Shown here piece after piece: positions 12,697-21,385 of a stretch of DNA of 64,000 bases. A program made the translations under genes and the position numbers. The DNA lies in assembly GCF_001194135.2 (NCBI RefSeq), contig NC_068992.1, positions 7,915,666-7,979,665 of the forward strand, in the 5' to 3' direction. The notes beneath the pieces were generated by a model. It worked only from the letters and a program-made list of their open reading frames with translations. It was not told the DNA's origin and did not search any database. Each line of letters begins with the position of its first letter. Position 1 is the first letter of the stretch. The stretch comes from Octopus bimaculoides. Lineage: Eukaryota.

Positions 12697-14707
12697 ATGT
12701 GTGGAAGTGTGGGGGTGATAAATTAAAAATAAAAAAAATTTTTAATTCCAAAAAATTGTCTCCAAAAAAAATCACTCCAGATCCTATATGTGAAGTTGGG
12801 CCTTCTATAAGATATAATATACTGAAAACTTTTTTCTTTATATGCACTGCTGAAATTACAGTACATTGTCTTTTATGCCATCAAATACAATAATTCCATT
12901 TGCTTTTAGGATGCTTTATAGAAATATTGATATCAAATTTCGGCACAAGGCCAGCAATTTGGGGAGAGGGGGTAACTTGATTACATCAACCCCAGTTTTC
13001 AACTGGTACTTATTTTATCGACCCTGAAAATATGAAAAGCTGACCTCAGTGGAATTTGAATGCAGAACATAAAGCCAGATAATATGTCACTAAGCATTTT
13101 GCCAGGTGTGCTAACGACTCTGCCAGCTCACCACCTTTATATGCTTTATAGAAATATTTATTTCTTTATTGCCAACAGGGGGCTAAACATAGAGGGGACA
13201 AACAAGGAGAGACTAAGGAATTAAGTCGATTATATTGATCCCAGTGCGAAACTGGTACTTATTTAATCAACCCTGAAAGGATGAAAGGCAAAGTTGACCT
13301 CGGCGGAATTTGAACTCAAAACATAACAGCAGATGAAATATCACTAAGCATTTTGCCCAGCATGCTAAAGTTTCTTATTTCTTTATTGCCCACAAGGGGC
13401 TAAACATAGAGGGGGCAAACAAGGACAGACTATTATTGTGTGTTATATCTGTTTCCATGTTCTAGTGGGAAAAAATGGAATATTTCTTTTTCTTCATCTA
13501 ATGTGTTGCATTTTCTCCTGTTTTAGGGTAAATACCTATTGCAATGTAGCATGTCAGGCTCCATTTGGTGGCTTTAAGATGTCTGGAATTGGCAGAGAAT
13601 TGTAAGTATAAATTGTATACTGAGATTAATGATAGAAGCATAGGCATAACTATGCCTGCTTGAAAACCATGTTCTTTGAGACAAAATATCAGCCCAAGTA
13701 AAAATGAATGAACCCACAGAACTCTTTTAATATAGTAATGGGAGCTTCTGATAGTGCAGATGTCTGTGATCTTATAAATGCATTTATTCAAGACATCCTA
13801 AGAAGGAAATTCACTTCAACTGTCTCTGGCTTATATAGAGATATTGCTTTAAAGATCATATTAGCTATATGCCTGACTCTGGTCCCACTAAAAGGAAATG
13901 CCACCCTAAGGTCTTTTGGTTTACACACTCTTAGCCTTTCTCATATTGAAAGATAAGCATTTTCCAGTGTGGGTTATATAGTTAGTGACAGGCTTAGACA
14001 CAGATAAAATCTGAGATACATCACTTTAACCACCTTGGCCATTCACCCCATCTCCTCGCTGGCCATGGAGTTCACTAACATCCACTAACTTGGACCAAGG
14101 CAACCCACTAATTTAGAGAATAATGGTTTATTGTCTTCCTAAAAACTTGTCCTCTCAGCAGAATGACTACTCACCTCCAAATTCTCTAATTCCATCCCTC
14201 ACTTCATCCCTTTCTTTACGAATCCAGTAACCATGATGGTGATGGTGACAATGATATTCTAAGAGGGGGCGGCTAGAATGGTGTCTGTGAAATTTGGGGA
14301 GCAAGGAGTAGGAAAAGGGCTAGAATGATGTTATGGGGGCATTTAGGCTGCAGAGTGAGATAATGGTGAGAGTGGTGTTGGACTGATAGTGATAGCAATT
14401 AAAAGAATGGCTAATGCATTAGCAAAGGTAGTATTGACAAGATGGTAATGGCATCTGGATGACACTAATGCCACCTATGATGTATGTATTCACACATGTT
14501 CACATACACACGTATACATGCAAGCACAAATATAGTCACATAGACACAGATATATATGTAGTAACGCTGTGCGCATGCGTAGTCTCACGCATGCGTGGAA
14601 TTCAACATCCAAGCTTTCCCGCTTTATTCTGTCTCTTTCTCGACTGGCCAGCGATTGAGCAAGGACGTGTCTAGCTGTCTCTCTCCATCTTTCGAACTCA
14701 CATCAAC

Positions 14708-14744
<37 letters not shown>

Positions 14745-15788
14745 TATAGGTAATTGTGGAGGGAACCAGGAAGACATGGGATGAAGTGGTGAGAAAGGAT
14801 CTTCAGATACTGGACTTCACTGAGGAGATGACAAGTAACCGAGACTTGTGATTTGCTGTACTTGAGAAGACACATCAAGCTAAGTAAAATTGTGGCCATC
14901 CATACATACAGGAGTGTCTTTATGGCCATGACTCCACTCATTCTCCCTGTTGAAAAGTCTTTGTCTTGCAGGTGTTGGTGCCATGTAAAATGCACCCAGT
15001 ACACTCTATAAAGTAGTTGATGTTAGGAAAGATATCCAGCTGTAAAAACATGCCAAAACAGACAATTGGAGCCTGGACAGCTTCTGTCAAACCATCCAAC
15101 CCATGCCAGCATGGAAAACAGACATTTAATGATGATGATTATGTTGTCGTTGTTGTTGTAATTTTTTCTTCTTGTTTTGTAATTTTCAGAGGGGAAGAAT
15201 GTCTTCGTGAGTACACAGAGGTAAAGAATGTAAGTACCTGGGTTCTGTCTTTATAAAAAATACCAGTTTTTTAGGCAAAGAGATATCATGTGACAGGTTT
15301 ACATCAACTAAAGAGATGATGGCTTTGCAGTGGCAGAAGCTCGTCGTATATATGTATATATATGTGTGTGTGTGTGTGTGTTTGTCCCACCAAACATCGC
15401 TTGACAACCGATGCTGGTGTGTTTACGTCCCCGTAACTTAGCGGTTCGGCAAAAGAGACCGATAAAATAAGTACTAGGCTTACAAAGAATAAGTCCTGGG
15501 GTCGATTTTCTCGACTAAAAGCGGTACTCTAGCATGGCCGCAGACAAATGACTGAAACGAGTAAAAGAGTATATAAATATATACACACACACATACATAT
15601 GCATGTGCAGATTTATTTATACACACACACACACACACATATATGTACACATCACATAAATATATGAGAGAGACAAGTTCTTTCCACATACTATGCATAT
15701 AAAAACATTTGACCTGAACTAAAGATATTTTTACTTTTTCTTTTTTCTTTTTCAGGTTATAATCAAAGTACCTCAAAAAAACTCATAA
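1231..15788 (+). CDS. ALDH1A: Complete 14-exon cytosolic ALDH1/2-family aldehyde dehydrogenase, 497 aa (ALDH1A-like; probable relative of cephalopod omega-crystallin). join(1231..1287,3374..3478,5147..5287,6287..6413,7189..7250,8006..8134,8492..8605,8911..9013,9854..10038,10179..10343,11978..12135,13527..13601,15190..15229,15756..15788)
   Basis: Manually spliced CDS = 1494 nt, all introns GT-AG, frame continuous. Hallmark motifs [44 protein letters not shown] and C-terminal PQKNS. No mitochondrial presequence: an in-frame TAA lies at 1213-1215 upstream of ATG 1231. The symbol is a family-level label; orthology was not tested. Confidence 0.95.
3374..3478 (+). CDS. ALDH1A: ALDH exon 2 ([35 protein letters not shown])
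   Basis: 105 nt; acceptor ttttcttacag, donor AAG|GTAAAA. Confidence 0.95.
4291..4511. mobile_element. piggyBac-type MITE (221 bp) in ALDH intron 2
   Basis: Perfect 12-bp TIRs CCCTTTTGTTAC...GTAACAAAAGGG with TTAA on both sides (4287-4290, 4512-4515). Confidence 0.85.
5147..5287 (+). CDS. ALDH1A: ALDH exon 3 ([14 protein letters not shown]...ERDRIYLA)
   Basis: 141 nt; acceptor tttcag, donor GCT|GTAAGT. Confidence 0.95.
5765..6148 (-). mobile_element. tRNA-derived SINE family B (CORE-like, internal microsatellite), ALDH intron 3
   Basis: Minus-strand head TGGCTGTGTGG...GGTTCTGGATTCAGTTCC, then CTTGGGCAAATGTCTTCTAC; internal (TA)n; shared body with many other copies in the window. Confidence 0.85.
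6287..6413 (+). CDS. ALDH1A: ALDH exon 4 ([10 protein letters not shown]...[16 protein letters not shown])
   Basis: 127 nt; acceptor tttcag, donor G|GTGAGT, phase 1. Confidence 0.95.
7189..7250 (+). CDS. ALDH1A: ALDH exon 5 ([21 protein letters not shown])
   Basis: 62 nt; acceptor cttccag, donor CCG|GTAAGA. Confidence 0.95.
7636..7985. repeat. Degenerate ~21-bp minisatellite (TAACACCAGTAAACACTGCAC-like), ALDH intron 5
   Basis: Recurrent CAGTAAACACT core at ~21-nt spacing, decaying 3'-ward. Confidence 0.85.
8006..8134 (+). CDS. ALDH1A: ALDH exon 6 ([16 protein letters not shown]...KPAEQTP...LLVE)
   Basis: 129 nt; contains the oxyanion Asn169 and cofactor Lys192 equivalents. Confidence 0.95.
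8399..8489. repeat. (TTA)n/(TCA)n microsatellite abutting the exon 7 acceptor
   Basis: Direct reading. Confidence 0.9.
8492..8605 (+). CDS. ALDH1A: ALDH exon 7 ([16 protein letters not shown]...FTGSTE)
   Basis: 114 nt; Rossmann-fold segment; acceptor (TTA)n-CAG, donor GAG|GTAAGT. Confidence 0.95.
8911..9013 (+). CDS. ALDH1A: ALDH exon 8 ([10 protein letters not shown]...LELGGKSP...DAD)
   Basis: 103 nt; general-base Glu268 motif. Confidence 0.95.
9854..10038 (+). CDS. ALDH1A: ALDH exon 9 ([25 protein letters not shown]...NGPQ)
   Basis: 185 nt; catalytic Cys302 codon TGC at 9910-9912. Confidence 0.95.
10075..10176. repeat. (TATC)n/(CTT)n compound microsatellite filling ALDH intron 9
   Basis: Direct reading; the intron is only 140 nt. 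Confidence 0.9.
10179..10343 (+). CDS. ALDH1A: ALDH exon 10 (VDATQLSK...[18 protein letters not shown])
   Basis: 165 nt; acceptor (TATC)n-AG, donor GAG|GTAAGT. Confidence 0.95.
11061..11624 (-). mobile_element. SINE family B copy (with N-gap), ALDH intron 10
   Basis: Same body and tRNA-like head as 5765-6148 and 56146-56501. Confidence 0.85.
11978..12135 (+). CDS. ALDH1A: ALDH exon 11 ([11 protein letters not shown]...YGLAAAIFT...GTVW)
   Basis: 158 nt; acceptor cttccttccag, donor TG|GTAAGG, phase 2. Confidence 0.95.
12618..12696. repeat. (CTA)n microsatellite
   Basis: Perfect trinucleotide run. Confidence 0.95.
12935..13370 (-). mobile_element. Two head-to-tail copies of SINE family C, ALDH intron 11
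   Basis: Each carries the reverse complement of GGTGAGCTGGCAGA..GTTAGCA...AAATGCTTAG...TTCTGAGTTCAAATTCC...AAGTACCAG; the same family is at 51772-51990 (+) and 60915-61130 (-). Confidence 0.75.
13527..13601 (+). CDS. ALDH1A: ALDH exon 12 ([25 protein letters not shown])
   Basis: 75 nt; acceptor ttttag, donor TT|GTAAGT. Confidence 0.95.
15190..15229 (+). CDS. ALDH1A: ALDH exon 13 ([13 protein letters not shown])
   Basis: 40 nt; acceptor ttttcag, donor AAT|GTAAGT. Confidence 0.9.
15335..15570 (+). mobile_element. SINE family B 3' half, ALDH intron 13
   Basis: Reverse complement of 11061-11250 with few mismatches. Confidence 0.85.
15756..15788 (+). CDS. ALDH1A: ALDH exon 14, coding part ([10 protein letters not shown])
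   Basis: Long T-rich acceptor ending ttcag; canonical ALDH1/2 C-terminus followed by TAA. Confidence 0.92.
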   Translation, partial: VIIKVPQKNS

Positions 15789-16105
15789 AGACATCACTTT
15801 GCCTTGCTCGGGGGCTTAATGCCTTCAGCTTAAGCCTTTGGCCCAACTGGTTTCGAGTAGTATTAGAGAAGATTGGGCAAAACTATGTGGACATTCCAGA
15901 CTCCGACTGAAGAAGCAATTAGCCGTGAATGATCCGTGCATCTTGTTTTGTCCTGTTTGCCATTGTTGTGCTATTGTTTTTTTCCTGTTTGTTATGTTTT
16001 GATGATTTCGGATCTTTTTGGTTTGACGGGCAACACTTGTTTTATTGACGAAAAGCGTCGAAAGATTGGAATTGTGATTTCCCAGAAATGATTTCTGAAT
16101 GTTCC

Positions 16106-16111
16106 AATAAA
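16106..16111 (+). promoter_or_regulatory. Candidate polyadenylation signal of the ALDH gene
   Basis: First AATAAA I found after the stop codon (~320 nt downstream); no transcript evidence. Confidence 0.4.
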
Positions 16112-16532
16112 TATACCAATACACTGGTACAAAAAAGCACACACACACACACACATTAAATCATAATTTACATATTTTCAATAATCCGATACACAAATCG
16201 TCAAATAATTTCCACTTTTGAGCGTTAGATATAAAAAAATAAGAGTTATGTCCCTTCCTTACAATGTATTAACTTTCATATTTTTCCGTGAATACAAAAT
16301 GTAGTTTCCATTTGTTTTGTCTTGTTTCTTTTCATGTTTCATTTTTTTTACAAAAAGTATATAATACTTTTTCATAGCATTATTTTCGGAAAATTTCCGT
16401 TTCCTACATTATTTATTGGATTCTTTCTCAGATCAACCAATTCGTATATTTTCCCAAACCAGTACATCCTCAAAACTATTGTCTCTCATTGCTCTGTTGA
16501 TTAACAAGATGAAATAGTAAACATCTTTTATA

Positions 16533-16660
16533 CAGGAATCTTTCCCTTTACAGAAGTAATACATTCCTGAAAATCTGGCTGTAACACGAAATTCCGTAAT
16601 GCGAAATTAATTTTTGTAATATCAAATGAGATTGCATTCCCATGGACATTTACAGGGCGA
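16533..16660 (+). mobile_element. Possible Tigger/pogo-like terminal fragment
   Basis: TA|CAGG...TACATTCCTGAAAA...CGAAATTCCGTAATGCGAA resembles pogo-family ends; only one end seen. Confidence 0.3.
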
Positions 16661-18985
16661 AAAAGCACAAAACAACACAGACAACATCTTTATACATGAA
16701 ACACTTTTACATATGAAAATAACAATTTCTAAATATACATTATACAATATAGATATATAAAAACCCAAAACGATTTCAAGAGGAATACATTAGAGAATTA
16801 ATATGAATAACAAGAATTCGGCAGCTATTTCTAGTAGAGACTCTTTCATTGGCTTGTTGGTGGTGTACTGTCTTATGGTCTGGTGTTTAGAGCTAAATAG
16901 CATGGTGTCATATAATTCACTGCTGTGAGCTATGGTAGTTTTATAACTATGCAACTACAAAGTTAAAGAATCAATATAAGAGAAGTGAGTGTCAAAAATC
17001 TTGGTTATTGACATAGTGTTAGGCCAGTTATAGGAAACAAACTACGGATATGTTGATTGCTTCTCTGTCATCTTATAGTTTAGCTCAGTAATTCTCATAC
17101 AGAGGTGGGGTCTGAGAGGATTGAAACAAGAACAAACAAATTGCCATGTTTGACCCTTTTGGTACAAAGCCCACAGAGACCACATTTTGATTCTTACTTT
17201 AAAATACTTAAGCCCTTCACTCCCAAAGGAGCATAGGCCATTGATAACTTTCCTCACTGATCTTGACCCAGCACTGCCGTTTCTGCTCCCCTCCAGTTGG
17301 GTCCCTGCTTTTTCAGCTCTGCCTCAGCATCATACCCCCAAATGTTTTTAGGGTATCGTATGTTTCTTTGAGGGAAAGCCTTTTTTTCTCAGGTCTGGTT
17401 GGTTTTGAATTGTTATTGATAATTCTGTAACTTTGATTTCTCTTTTTTCTAGGTAGGGCTGTTGGCTCTACACACCCATTTTTACCTCTGGAAAGAGGTG
17501 ATCCATATTAATTTGGCCTTTATCTTTTGATTTGACCAACATAGAAAGCCCTACCATAAGTTTGCATTTTGCTGGCATAGCTCTTGGTGTCAGTGAGGCA
17601 CACAAGCCACCATACTGCAAGAAGGACTGAACCTTGTGGTGGTTGTTTTGAATTGATCTGAATTAAAGTCTTCCATCAAAATTTAATGTTCTTAAAACCA
17701 GCTTAATAATGATAAGGTTGTTAAAATTAATCCTTCATAGTTTTTAAAACTGAAACAAAGGCTCTATATTTCAATGGCTGTCTGGTAACAAAAGGATCGA
17801 TAAAATCAATAGGATTAAGATGGGTTTAAACTATTTAATCTTGTCCAGCAGCATGACAAAAGATAGAGGGGTGGGGTGATTTCTATTAACATTTCGTTGG
17901 GTTGAACCAGGTATTTCTCAATTTAAGACAATCTTGGTTTAGTCAGTTCGACACAAATTTAAATAACTAAACAAGGGAGAGAACTGTTTTCAACACTTAC
18001 ATTTTTGTGAGTGTGTGAAACTTAGCGTGTTTTTGCTTTGTCTAGCTCCAGGTCAGCTCAGATCCAGTCAACATAAGATTAAAGGCGTAGTGTTATTTTC
18101 AAGATCTTAGGGTGTAATTTGAAGGAGTCACAGTCGCTATTTCTGGAGGCTGGTATGCATGGACGACTGCTGGTCTTCCATAAACAACCTTGCCCAGATT
18201 TGTATCTCAGAGGGTAACTTTCTAGGTGCCTTCCCTTGGTCATTCGTGACCTATACACTGAGAAAGTTGCTTTGCTGTTATTTGATTAAATAAAGATATC
18301 AACCAAATCCCCTTCAATCACACTCTACTATCTTAAAATAAAGGAAAAGATACATGAAATAATTCAGTCCTAGATAGATACACCGCTCCTGAAAAGAAAA
18401 ACGAAAATGGTCATGGCAGGAATGGTTTAAAAAATTTTTTTTTTTTAACATTCTTTGTTAAACAGGGCTGATATAAGGTGAAATGACATCAGCATCATAA
18501 CAACCAACATCTGCTGGATTAAAGCTGAAATGAACTAAGGAATGCCAATGTGGAAACCTCTTCAAAGTTATTCAAACTGTTAGAAAAAGCAGTCAAATCT
18601 TGAAATCTTACCCAACCAATTTTAAAAAGGAAGGACTTTAGCTATACTATAGGAGAGCTGACTTAAGAATCCCCCACAAGTGCCACTGCATGCTGGAATG
18701 CAGAGGATGTCCCTCTAAGAAATACAAGCACGGTTATGTCTCTGAAGGATTTGTATATTGCATTGAGTCATTTCACTAACTACTAGTATATCATAGTCCT
18801 GCTATACTAAGACTCACTTGAGAATACATGACAGTGGCTAGAGTCATTTGACTAGCTACTAACTGTATGTTGCATGTTCACCTGAGGGTATACAACAATT
18901 GTCACTGGATGCTGGAGTACAGGACAAAACCTTATCTAGTAAGTAGATAACTGGAGTACACAGTTTATTACAAACCCTGATTGGA

Positions 18986-19350
18986 GAGATTTATAAATGT
19001 ACAATCATAATTGAGGCTGGTAACTTTATATATATATAGGATGTTCGATAAGTATGAAAAAACGTATCAATAACCATTTTTCATCTTTTAGACTTAAACA
19101 TAAAGCCAATTGTACATCCTTATCTAGCAAGATTTGGGAACTGAAGGAAAGTAGGATCGAATTTAGCCTTAAATGGGATATAATTTGGAAAGGGCAGCCT
19201 TATAGAGATCGTCGATACAGGTGTGAGGTGTGCTCTATGGAAACTTATGAGATTTTTAAGTATAGGGACAAGAACAACCTGATTAATAATAGATTAGACC
19301 AAAGGGTATCATGCATACATAGTGTCACCTGTGCATTTAAGTATTTTTGA
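18986..19350 (+). mobile_element. Penelope-like retroelement GIY-YIG endonuclease remnant (frameshifted)
   Basis: EIYKC...NFIYI/GCSISMKKRINNHFSSF...SLSSKIWELK...FSLKWDII...RCEVC...NNLINNR...SCIH matches the PLE GIY-YIG C-terminal pattern (YIG, NH, LS.yIW.LK, CxxC, C.H). Confidence 0.75.
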
Positions 19351-21350
19351 AAATAGCAATTGTAGATTCCATACTTGAACTTTGATGGTGGAAATTAATT
19401 TTGATGTTGTATCTATTGTAAACTTACCCTCTAGTATTATATATAATAAAATCATGGGATATGGTGAATTAAATTGCATTGCATTTGTTATAAGCTACAT
19501 GTTATCGTATGTGGTGTGCTATATGTAAATACTATCCCATGAAAACGCCTGCCTAGTTAGTCTGACTTCATCATATTTTTGGTGTTTAAACTATTTGTTC
19601 CTTTCTATGATGTTCTATCCTACTGATCATATTATGTATATTTGTAATGGTTTTTATGTAAGTAAGTCTCCTAATTATATACACCCTAGAAACTATAAAA
19701 TCATATTTGTAATAATACCTGTAACATAACAATTTATAAAATCTTTTTGGTCGGAATACCTCCAACTGCCCTAACTACGACCTCCTCTTTTCGGGTGACC
19801 TTTACCTCTTCCCTACCTCAAATTTTAATACCCTGCCTCTTTAAATGTAAGTTATATATATTTCTTATCATTTTCTATAAATTCTCATTATTTTTTTTTC
19901 TTACTTTGATATCCTTACCTATTAACCTCTTATCCCTTGTAAGTTGTTACTGTTCTTAAATAGAGATTTTTCAGCTACTAGGTCTATGCGAGATGGTTAT
20001 ACTATATCCATACAGACATATAAATATTTGTATATGTGTATATATGCATATATGTGCATAACCTATTAACCTTTATAAATTGTTATCTTTCTTGTTTGTA
20101 AATAGATACTCTTTAGTTACTTAAATCTATGCAAGATGGTTATACTATAACCATATAAATGTATAAATATTTGTGTATGTGTGCACATAGATAAATAAGA
20201 GTGTGTATCTGTATACATCTTTATTTTGCTGATTCTTGGCTTTTAATTAATATATAGATAGCATGTTTATCTTTCCAGTATTCCATAAGTAAATGCCCAG
20301 AGTAGTCTTTATAGAAGCCACCAAATAAGTAAATAAGTCCATGAATGAATAATACACTGATTCTATGTAATCTTTCCTTTTTAATGTTGAAAATTGATAT
20401 ATATATATATATCCATTTTACCTATTTTGGTTATGACATCATTTTTGATAATCTTAAATTTTATCTTTATACAACATTAATATTGTTTATAAACAATCAC
20501 CCATAGTACCCCATGATAAAATTTCCTTTGCATTAACATCATAGGTTTTATTAGCTTCCTGCTCCTTTAACTGGGAATTAACATCATGACTTTGGACTTG
20601 CCCTCTGATTCTAGATTTTACTTCTACATTAGAAATTTGTTTTCTATATCTACTTCACAGTTTGCTCTAAGATCTCAGTCATTTGCAATTTAAAACCAGT
20701 TCCCAAGGACAACTTGTTTTAAATTCTTCTGTTATGGCCATGAACAGCTGGTGACTGAAAACCTAGCCCTGATGAACTCTTACTTGTATACTAAATTCAT
20801 TTCTGAACTTGTTGCTAATTCTTACTGCTTGTAAGGTTGACACAAGTCATTTGTCTACCTCAGGAGCCATCAGATCACAGGTGAAGAACTCTGTTGAAGA
20901 CTCACTTCAGTTCAATGAATGCAAGTATAATGATTCACTGTGTGTGTGTGTGTGTGTGCATGTATGTATGCGTGCATGCAAAGTTAAGGTGCTTACCACC
21001 TATGATATATCACTTATTTTTGTATCTACACTTACACACACATATATAAACAGGCACAACTTCACCAAATTTGTGAAAGTCATCTTTTTCTTTTAAACCT
21101 GTTTCCTCACCTGACAAAAAAACCCCAAAAAAACCAAAAAAAAAACCTGTTTCCTCACCTGACAAAAAAACAAAACAAAAAAAAACCTGTTTCTTCACCT
21201 GACAAAATACCATTTGTGTTTATTATGAGTAATATTATCTGTATGTATTTGTTTGTATTTGTAAATATATGTCTATACATACATGAATGCTTGTGTAGAT
21301 GTTTTTGTACAGATAGGTACTCATAAACATATGTAAATACATACACATAC

Positions 21351-21381
<31 letters not shown>

Positions 21382-21385
<4 letters not shown>

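Noticed and set aside
1231-15788. Calling the gene mitochondrial ALDH2
   Set aside because: There is no Arg-rich presequence (in-frame stop upstream of the ATG) and introns 4 and 12 are at ALDH1A-type positions.
1231-15788. Calling the gene omega-crystallin itself, or a pseudogene
   Set aside because: The ORF and catalytic residues are intact, and identity to omega-crystallin cannot be computed here, so it is left as a hypothesis.
21095-21206. CRISPR-like repeat-spacer pattern
   Set aside because: The spacers are low-complexity poly(A) linkers and there are only three units.
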